Assembly: GCA_001773975.1 (NCBI GenBank)
Contig: MEYI01000036.1
Coordinates: 13,750-37,927, forward strand
Reading direction: 5' to 3'
DNA: 24,178 nucleotides
Source: Candidatus Azambacteria bacterium RBG_16_47_10
GTDB lineage: Bacteria > Patescibacteriota > Minisyncoccia > GWC2-36-17 > WO2-46-25
Position numbers and translations under genes: made by a program. Numbering within the stretch: position 1 is the stretch's first letter; each line of letters opens with the position of its first letter. Below, piece after piece: positions 7,297-13,742 of the stretch. Under the pieces are notes generated by a model, which made no database searches, was not told the origin of the DNA, and saw only the letters and a list, made by a program, of their open reading frames with translations.

Positions 7297-8598
7297 ATGA
7301 TTTGGCAAGAGTGGCCGCAGAGAAGCAGTATTTCTACGCTTATTTTTACTCAGATCAAAAATTTTTTCTCCGCTCTGTGGAGAAAAATCAATAGTACTCG
7401 ATCCAAATTCCCTGTACTCTCTACCGGGAATAGCTTTTTTTATGTGTTATCGCGCCTGAAAAACAATGTTTTTACGGCGTTTTTTGTTATTATGGTGCTT
7501 TTTGCATCATTTTTCAATATCGGCGATATGGGAGGCGCTCTTTCTGAAGCAACGATCTCCGTATTACGATCACATGAGGCATATGCGTATAAAGAGGTGG
7601 CGCAAAGGGCGGTTCAGGTTCGCGCCGCGACAGCCGATGCTCTGTATGATGCATCATTTAACGACGCCGAAGGAGGACGAGGCGGTCTGGATGATGAGGA
7701 AACGAGCGAGTATGCGTATCCCACAACAAAAGATGATGCGCTTGTTGCCGATTTTTCACCCCTGACCATCGATCAAAACCAGACATCACGCGATCAGATC
7801 ATATATTACGTTGTTGAAAGCGGTGATACGGTATCGGATATCGCGACGCGGTTTGGCATCGAATCCCCGACATTATTGTGGGCGAATGATCTTTCTGGCG
7901 TGGACTATATTCGTGCGGGCCAGCGGCTGGAGGTTTTGCCTATTGATGGCGTGAAATATGAGGTGAAGAAAGGAGACACGATCGGTGCGCTCGCGCAAAA
8001 ATTCAGCGCGCAAGAAGATGAGATTATCACATATAATCATTTGCCCGCGGATGGCGCGCTCCGCCCCGGAGATGCATTGATCATCCCGGATGGGCGGATG
8101 CCGCAGCCAAAACCAGCGCCTCGTCCGACCGCTATCGCGCGCGCATCGACCCCTTCACAGTCGGCGGCACAGACCGCTTCGAATAAATATTTTATCTTCC
8201 CGACGTCGGGAAGGAAATCGCAAGGGTATCACGGGAACAATGGTGTGGATATCGCAAATCAGTGCGGAACGCCGATCTATGCGGCGGCGGACGGTATAGT
8301 GACCGCTGTATTAACAACAACATCGCGCGCGCGCACCGGGTCTGCGGTATATGGCGGGTTTGGCAATCATGTCCGCATCAAGCATGCGAACGGTTCGGAA
8401 ACGCTGTATGCGCATCTTGAAAATATTTATGTTTTCAAAGGGCAGGAAGTGAAACAGGGATCAATGATCGCATTAATGGGCGGCGGATTTGAAGCAGTGA
8501 ACGGACGATGGGTGCGCATGGAAGGTGCGGGTAAATCGACCGGATGTCATTTGCATTTTGAAGTGCATGGTGCGAAAAATCCGTATTTGGTTAGGTAG
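7297..8598 (+). CDS. LysM-repeat M23 family peptidoglycan endopeptidase (start uncertain; may be downstream near 7444 or 7492)
   Basis: TM segment, two LysM motifs (YVVESGDTVSDIATRFG; YEVKKGDTIGALAQKF), Pro/Ala linker, M23 domain (YHGNNGVDIA, GTPIYAAADG, GNHVRIKH, LYAHL, STGCHLHFEV). Confidence 0.92.
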   Translation: MIWQEWPQRSSISTLIFTQIKNFFSALWRKINSTRSKFPVLSTGNSFFYVLSRLKNNVFTAFFVIMVLFASFFNIGDMGGALSEATISVLRSHEAYAYKEVAQRAVQVRAATADALYDASFNDAEGGRGGLDDEETSEYAYPTTKDDALVADFSPLTIDQNQTSRDQIIYYVVESGDTVSDIATRFGIESPTLLWANDLSGVDYIRAGQRLEVLPIDGVKYEVKKGDTIGALAQKFSAQEDEIITYNHLPADGALRPGDALIIPDGRMPQPKPAPRPTAIARASTPSQSAAQTASNKYFIFPTSGRKSQGYHGNNGVDIANQCGTPIYAAADGIVTAVLTTTSRARTGSAVYGGFGNHVRIKHANGSETLYAHLENIYVFKGQEVKQGSMIALMGGGFEAVNGRWVRMEGAGKSTGCHLHFEVHGAKNPYLVR

Positions 8599-8684
8599 AA
8601 TCTAGAATACAGAATACAGAATCTGGAAGCGGGTACCCCCCCCCGCTTCTTTTAGTTTCCCGTTTCTTATTTCTAGATTCTATC
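8594..8684. repeat. Inverted heptamer arrays around a GC hairpin
   Basis: ggtagaa-tctagaa-tacagaa-tacagaa-tctggaa (8594-8628), a core, then ttttagt-ttcccgt-ttcttat-ttctaga-ttctatc (8650-8684). Confidence 0.8.
8626..8653. terminator. Hairpin terminator between convergent M23 and comM genes
   Basis: GAAGCGGG-tacccccc-CCCGCTTC followed by TTTT. Confidence 0.6.
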
Positions 8685-10205
8685 CTGGTCCCGCTGTTGG
8701 TATTGCAGTGCTTCTGCAATGTGATGAGAAAGGATCGCAGACGATCCTTCAAGATCGGCGATCGTTCGCGCAAGCTTGATGATCTTGTGATATACGCGCG
8801 CAGAAAAGCGAAGTTTGTCCATCGCCGCTTTTAATACCGCGAGCGATGCGGGATCAAGCGGGCAATATGCTGTGATATGGCGAGGAGACATATCGGCGTT
8901 AAGAGAAATGGTATCGTGTGAAAACCGTTCCATCTGGATGTGCCGTGCGGCGGCGACATTTTCCCGCACCCGTGCGCTTTCACTTTCCCCCGTTTTTCCG
9001 GAAAGCTCTTTATGTGTGACGGGAGGAACATCGACATGAATATCGATGCGATCTGCGATGGGGCCTGATATTTTTTTCTGGTATGCGATGACGGAGTGCA
9101 TGGAGCAGGTGCACTCGCGCTGAGCGGAGCGATAGTATCCGCACGGGCATGGGTTTTTTGTGGCAATGAGGATGATGCGCGCGGGGTATGTGAATGTTCC
9201 GTGCGCGCGGGATATCGTGATCGTTTTTTCTTCCAAGGGCTGGCGAAGCGCTTCAATGACATTGCGTTGAAATTCCGGGAATTCATCGAGAAATAATATG
9301 CCGTTGTGTGCAAGCGTTATTTCCCCGAGTTGTGCGTGCTTTCCTCCGCCGATCAGCGCGACATCCGATGCGGAATGATGCGGGGAGCGAAACGGTCGGC
9401 GCATAATAACGGCATTTTCTTCTCCAAGCGCGCCGGCAACGCTGTACACCTTTGTGGTCTCTATCGCTTCTTCTTCCGTCATGTCGGGTAAAATGGAAAC
9501 CAGTGCTTTTGCCAGCATGGTCTTTCCCGATCCGGGCGGTCCGGATAAAAGGACATTGTGTCCACCTGCGGCCGCAATGGCAAGTGCGCGTTTTGCATGC
9601 TCCTGACCTTTGATATGGGAAAAATCATATGCGTCATCGTGTTCATGCACGGGTGCCGGAGGTCGTACGTGAGCGATCTTTGGAATTGTTCCTTCTGTGA
9701 GGTATGCGATGCACTCGGCGATCGTGGCGACAGGAACAAGCGTGATGCCCGATATCAGTGCCGCTTCCGGCGCGTTATGCGCGGGAAGGATGACCGTGGA
9801 AAATCCTTTTTGCTTTGCATGCGCGACAATGGTAAGTGCGCCGCGTATCGGCCTGACAGTTCCGTCGAGCGCGAGCTCGCCGACCGCAAGCGTCCCGGAC
9901 GCGTTGCACTGTAATTGATCCGATGCGCACAGATAGCTCAGCGCGATCGGGAGGTCATATGCCGCCCCCTCTTTTTTAATATCTGCCGGCGCGAGATTAA
10001 CAACGATCTTTTGGTTCGTTTTTTTCGGATAGGCAAATCCGGAATTTTTCAGCGCGGCATTGATGCGGTCTTTTGATTCATCGACCGATTTGTCGGGAAG
10101 ACCGACGATGGTAAAACAATGGAGACCGTGCGTAATGTCGGTCTCCACGGTTATGATGCGGGCGTCTATGCCATGTACTGTCGCAGAAAAGATGTGCGCG
10201 GGCAT
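8673..10205 (-). CDS. comM: YifB/ComM family Mg-chelatase-like AAA+ ATPase
   Basis: IVGLPDKSVDES, VNLAPADIKKEG, GELALDG, GPPGSGKT (Walker A), LFLDEFPEF (Walker B), NPCPCG, ISGPIADRIDI, ARTIADL. Confidence 0.95.
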   Translation of the reverse strand: MPAHIFSATVHGIDARIITVETDITHGLHCFTIVGLPDKSVDESKDRINAALKNSGFAYPKKTNQKIVVNLAPADIKKEGAAYDLPIALSYLCASDQLQCNASGTLAVGELALDGTVRPIRGALTIVAHAKQKGFSTVILPAHNAPEAALISGITLVPVATIAECIAYLTEGTIPKIAHVRPPAPVHEHDDAYDFSHIKGQEHAKRALAIAAAGGHNVLLSGPPGSGKTMLAKALVSILPDMTEEEAIETTKVYSVAGALGEENAVIMRRPFRSPHHSASDVALIGGGKHAQLGEITLAHNGILFLDEFPEFQRNVIEALRQPLEEKTITISRAHGTFTYPARIILIATKNPCPCGYYRSAQRECTCSMHSVIAYQKKISGPIADRIDIHVDVPPVTHKELSGKTGESESARVRENVAAARHIQMERFSHDTISLNADMSPRHITAYCPLDPASLAVLKAAMDKLRFSARVYHKIIKLARTIADLEGSSAILSHHIAEALQYQQRDQDRI

Positions 10206-10211
10206 TTGTCG

Positions 10212-10312
10212 GGCAGAAGTGGAAAGGTGAAAGTTAAAAGTGGAAAGTTAGAATCTGAAAGCAAAATCAGTGATCCCTGCATTCTTCTAGATTCTGACTT
10301 CTAGATTCTGCC
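10212..10312. repeat. Inverted heptamer arrays upstream of comM
   Basis: ggcagaa-gtggaaa-ggtgaaa-gttaaaa-gtggaaa-gttagaa-tctgaaa (10212-10260), a 24-nt core, then ttctaga-ttctgac-ttctaga-ttctgcc (10285-10312). Confidence 0.8.
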
Positions 10313-10315
10313 CCC

Positions 10316-10630
10316 TTAGCATTGCGTATGCGTGCGCGCCGCAGGGTTTGCTTCAAGCCGAGCTTCATCGATCGCCTGCCCGCATGCTTCACAGGTGCCA
10401 TATGTTCCTTTTTCTATGCGTTCAAGTGCCGCGTCGATATCTTCAAGGCTGTTTCCGATCGTGCGATCCATCGATAACTCGATATCGTGCGCCTCCACCT
10501 GATCTGCTTCTTCTTCAGGAAAGAAGTGATCTGCATTATCGAATTCGTCTTCCTTGGCGTTTTCTTTTTGTTCCGCTCCAAGCTTTGTTTTTTCGTCACG
10601 AAGCAGTTTTTCAAATCGAGATGTGTCCAT
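10316..10630 (-). CDS. DksA/TraR-family zinc-finger protein with C2HC variant finger
   Basis: Likely start is MDTSRFEK (ATG 10630). Coiled coil, then LEDIDAALERIEKGTYGTCEACGQAIDEARLEANPAARTHTQC. Confidence 0.85.
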   Translation of the reverse strand: MDTSRFEKLLRDEKTKLGAEQKENAKEDEFDNADHFFPEEEADQVEAHDIELSMDRTIGNSLEDIDAALERIEKGTYGTCEACGQAIDEARLEANPAARTHTQC

Positions 10631-10707
10631 AGTGAATGATATTAGATTCTTTTTAGCACGCTTGTAGTATACCGTAAAAAAATAAGAAGTTCCATTATGT
10701 GCCCGTA

Positions 10708-11634
10708 TCAGCATGACGGATGCGTAATGCCGAGCGCGCGAATACGGCGCTCGTAACGGTCCATCACCGCCTTGTTTTTACTGTGCGGATAATGAAGGAG
10801 TATGGCGTCGTCGCGTAAAATGAAATGCGCTGTGTCGCCTCCCCCCTTTATTTTTTGTTTAAGGCGGCGCATTTGCCATGCCTTGAGCCACTGTTCAATA
10901 CGGTCGCCAAACGCTCCGGATAACGGCGCTGCGATTATTTTTGAGATCATCCGTAATATCGCGACGCGCGGAAAGCGCGATTGTTTTTCCGGATAGCGAA
11001 GATGACGAGCGATCCATTTGTTCTGAGTAAAAAAGCGCGCAAATGCATCATGGTCAAACAACGGCAATGCGCGCGCGAACATGTGTGCCGACGCTATATT
11101 TTGCACGGGCGCTTCCGCATCATGCGCGAGAAAATAATTAAAGCACAGCTTTTCTCCGGTGATCGCATTGTCGCGGCGGCGCAAAAAAAGTGCGGCAAGC
11201 GCAAGCGACAGTGCGCGCACGGTCCATAGTCTCCCATGGCGCGCGATGCAAAAAATGTCGACATCGCTTTTGGATGTTGCATTATTCATGGCAACAGAGC
11301 CGGTGATCGCCATGGTGTGCGCAAACGGGATCGTTTGTAAAAGGAGCAGCGGGATAGTATTGCAAGCGATCTTTTTTACCGATGCGGCTTCCCGCTCCGG
11401 GATCATATGAAACGCATGCGCATGTGAGACAAGCGCGTAACGGTCTTGTTTTGCGCGAATAAGATTATTTTTAAGAAGATACGTATATGCACTCGGAAAA
11501 GCATCGGCTTCATGGAGCGCTGATCCCACGTGTACATACGCGGCAATATCATTGTGAGGAAATGCGGGACACGCCTCCGCTTCAGCGAGCGCCAATGTTG
11601 AAAGAATGGATGTGTGCAGTGCATCTCTTGTCAT
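10708..11634 (-). CDS. Pol-beta-superfamily nucleotidyltransferase-domain protein
   Basis: ITGSVAMNNATSKSDVDIFCI = GS-x10-DxD; also GRLWTVR and KLCFNYF. Confidence 0.75.
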   Translation of the reverse strand: MTRDALHTSILSTLALAEAEACPAFPHNDIAAYVHVGSALHEADAFPSAYTYLLKNNLIRAKQDRYALVSHAHAFHMIPEREAASVKKIACNTIPLLLLQTIPFAHTMAITGSVAMNNATSKSDVDIFCIARHGRLWTVRALSLALAALFLRRRDNAITGEKLCFNYFLAHDAEAPVQNIASAHMFARALPLFDHDAFARFFTQNKWIARHLRYPEKQSRFPRVAILRMISKIIAAPLSGAFGDRIEQWLKAWQMRRLKQKIKGGGDTAHFILRDDAILLHYPHSKNKAVMDRYERRIRALGITHPSC

Positions 11635-11657
11635 AGGAGTACGAGATCACTGAAAAA

Positions 11658-12947
11658 TTATTTTTTCGACTGTCCCGCTTTATCAAGAAGCGCGAAGATC
11701 ATGTCTTTTGATGTCGCGACAATGAAGTGTGTATTCGATACCGCCCAATCAAGCGAGATATCGGGGCTCGGCATATTTACATAGCGTTTATAGAATGAGC
11801 CGTATGTGTTTGTTGAAAAAGAGGTATCCGCCGGTTTTTCATACATTTTTTCTATATACAATCCGGTAAGATCGGTGAGCATTGCCGGTTCCCATGCGAG
11901 TGCCGCCGATTTCACTGTTGTTTTGTTGGAGATCGCGGATGCAAAGCCGTAGCGCATTGTCTCCGCGCTCTTGTATCCGATAAGATCGGTGCGCTGTGCG
12001 AGTGATTGCAGTGATTGCGGCACGGCAAACCCGAGCAGATCGCCAATTTCAGCGCCGGAAAGATAGCGCGATTCTGTTGGCGTTGCAAACGTGAATATAT
12101 AGCGGATCGTTGTCGTGCTATCGGTTATCTTCGCGTTCTCCGCCGTTAATTTCTCAAGCGCTTCATTTTTATTGATCTCTGATAATGCGATCGTTACCGT
12201 GTGGTCAAGTGAAAGGACTGCCTCTGGAGCAATGGATTGTTCAACGGGTGCTGGCGGAGGAACAGGGGCCGGTGGAGGAGGAATGACCGGTTCCACGACA
12301 GGAGGGGTGGTTGTTGCCGCGGGCTCTATTGCCGGCGTGGTTGTTGCGGGTTCTTCGATCGGCTGCGGCTTCGGTTCTGTGACCGGGAGCGGTTCCGGTA
12401 CCGGAACAGGAATGGGTTGCGGCTCTATTGGCTGTGGTGCCGCCACCGGTTTTTCCGGTATTTGAACGATTACCTCAGATTGTGTGGCGCGCATAAAAAA
12501 CCACCAATATCCCGCCGCTCCCCCACCGATGAGAAGCAGAAGGACAATAGAAAGGATGATCGTTGTTGTGCCCAATCTGCTTCCTTGCGTTGGGATGCGC
12601 ACCTGAAATTGCGGTGTTGCAGCAGGAGTTTCCATTTGGGTTTCCGGAAGAGAAAACGGCTGATCGCGATCAGGAATGGTTTCAACCACCTCCCTGAATT
12701 TGTCAGGAGATGCTCCGTCGTTTGGCAATGATGTCGACCCGCCTTGGCTCGGCGAGACAGGTGGGATGAATTGAGAAAAAGGTCTTCGTGCTTCTTGCTC
12801 TTTAATAAATGATGCCGGATCCATCTTTGATCGTGCGACATCTTCCTGCATAGTATGGGTAAAAAGTTTCTTGTCGCCGACGATCGGCAATTCTCCCGGC
12901 GGTGTATTATGTGTTGGTGTTTGCCCCCCTGTGTTTTCCTGCGCCAT
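11658..12947 (-). CDS. Single-TM surface protein with Pro/Thr-rich stalk and CPR-type C-terminal domain
   Basis: 429 aa; TM IILSIVLLLLIGGGAAGYWWFF; PEP/ATTTP low-complexity linker; C-terminal FYKRYVNMPSPDISLDWAV..FIVATSKDMIFALLD. Confidence 0.85.
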   Translation of the reverse strand: MAQENTGGQTPTHNTPPGELPIVGDKKLFTHTMQEDVARSKMDPASFIKEQEARRPFSQFIPPVSPSQGGSTSLPNDGASPDKFREVVETIPDRDQPFSLPETQMETPAATPQFQVRIPTQGSRLGTTTIILSIVLLLLIGGGAAGYWWFFMRATQSEVIVQIPEKPVAAPQPIEPQPIPVPVPEPLPVTEPKPQPIEEPATTTPAIEPAATTTPPVVEPVIPPPPAPVPPPAPVEQSIAPEAVLSLDHTVTIALSEINKNEALEKLTAENAKITDSTTTIRYIFTFATPTESRYLSGAEIGDLLGFAVPQSLQSLAQRTDLIGYKSAETMRYGFASAISNKTTVKSAALAWEPAMLTDLTGLYIEKMYEKPADTSFSTNTYGSFYKRYVNMPSPDISLDWAVSNTHFIVATSKDMIFALLDKAGQSKK

Positions 12948-13175
12948 AGAAAAATAATAAATAGTAACCCTGTATTCTTATTCTACTCTTTTTCAGAAAA
13001 TAGAAAAAGACCCTAGGTCTCGTTTGATTGTTGTTTGAAATGTTTGGAGACTTTTGGGTCTTTTGGTTTTGCTGGATTTTTTAGAGATCCATTACTCTTA
13101 TTTTGTTTGTAATGTGCATGTGTCGTCCGTTCGGATTGTGAGAGAAATATATATCCTTGGAACTTCACCGAATTC

Positions 13176-13205
13176 ATTATACCGCGTTTGGTGAATAGGG
13201 GTCAA
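13176..13205 (-). promoter_or_regulatory. sigma70 promoter with adjacent DnaA box
   Basis: TTGACC-18 nt-TATAAT on the minus strand; DnaA box 9 nt upstream of the -35. Confidence 0.6.
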
Positions 13206-13214
13206 AACACTACC

Positions 13215-13223
13215 TGTGGATAA
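13215..13223. promoter_or_regulatory. Consensus DnaA box
   Basis: TGTGGATAA; a 1-mismatch copy (TGTGGATAT) is at 13496-13504. Confidence 0.6.
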
Positions 13224-13364
13224 CAGGGGGACTAAAATAAAATGCTCTCCGTTGTGGTGAAGAGCATTTGGGATGGAAGGTATAGCCTCCCACTCCATTT
13301 TCAAGAGGCTTTTGGCCTCCGAATATATGTATGGTATAAGCGACAAAAAGAGAAGTCAATATAG

Positions 13365-13490
13365 TTAGGACTTACGCACATGGCGAACTTCTTTGTTACA
13401 CTTCAGAAAAAAACGCTCACCGTATAGCACATACGTCTCGCATTATTTTCCTCGTGCGCCGCGAATTTCATCCATGTGCGTAAGTCCTAA
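13365..13490. mobile_element. 126-bp MITE-like element with perfect 19-bp terminal inverted repeats
   Basis: TTAGGACTTACGCACATGG (13365-13383) is the exact reverse complement of 13472-13490; no transposase ORF inside. The repeat is certain; mobility is inferred. Confidence 0.55.
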
Positions 13491-13496
13491 TAATAT

Positions 13497-13709
13497 GTGG
13501 ATATCGGCATGGTTATTTATGAAAAAAACTGGGATACTATATGTAAGGGTGCGCGCGATGATGCGTGTGCCGAGCACGATACTCAAACACCAACGGGGGT
13601 GTGTAATGAAGAAAACGTGCCGTATCAGCTGTACCGCCTGCGGATGCGCAGGTACCTGTCCTCTCTGCGCAGCGAAATAAGCAGGGAAAAGAAAAAGGCC
13701 GCGGAATAA
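13497..13709 (+). CDS. Small hypothetical protein (70 aa; start may be ATG 13509)
   Basis: Gene-like codons with G/C third positions in the 3' half (ctg tac cgc ctg cgg atg cgc); stop lies in a bidirectional terminator. Confidence 0.45.
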   Translation: MDIGMVIYEKNWDTICKGARDDACAEHDTQTPTGVCNEENVPYQLYRLRMRRYLSSLRSEISREKKKAAE

Positions 13710-13723
13710 TCCGGGGCCTTTTT
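13692..13723. terminator. Bidirectional intrinsic terminator between the small ORF and pnp
   Basis: AAAAAGGCC-gCGGA-ataa-TCCGg-GGCCTTTTT. Confidence 0.8.
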
Positions 13724-13742
13724 GCTTTCACAGAGAAAGTGA

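Noticed and set aside
7277-7440. c-di-AMP (ydaO) riboswitch upstream of the cell-wall hydrolase
   Set aside because: The conserved GCUGAAUCC/GGAAC/GGUGAA elements were not found; the hairpin at about 7365-7388 lies in an open reading frame and may be coding.
8594-10312. Heptamer arrays or IR elements as CRISPR repeats
   Set aside because: No identical 23-50 bp repeats with unique spacers, and no cas genes.
10631-10714. N-terminal extension of the DksA-like ORF
   Set aside because: It crosses an AT-rich intergenic stretch with a TATACT box and overlaps the upstream gene; MDTSRFEK is the more plausible start.
12230-12450. Pro/Thr-rich repeats (EPATTTP, EPAATTTP) as a separate repeat element
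   Set aside because: An ordinary low-complexity stalk of a surface protein; there is no exact DNA-level tandem array.
13098-13346. 82-aa minus-strand ORF in the intergenic region
   Set aside because: It runs across a DnaA box, a promoter and several hairpins, and has no recognisable motif or start signal.
12950-13510. Possible replication origin
   Set aside because: Only one perfect and one imperfect DnaA box, no dnaA/dnaN nearby, no evident unwinding-element repeats, and no switch in gene orientation.
13606-13680. Cys-rich peptide MKKTCRISCTACGCAGTCPLCAAK (end of the 13393-13680 ORF), resembling a SCIFF/RiPP precursor or metallothionein
   Set aside because: The Cys codons arise from reading the overlapping 70-aa ORF out of frame (e.g. 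ctg c.. and gtg c.. give tgc). That other frame has the gene-like codon pattern, and no radical SAM or transporter gene is nearby.
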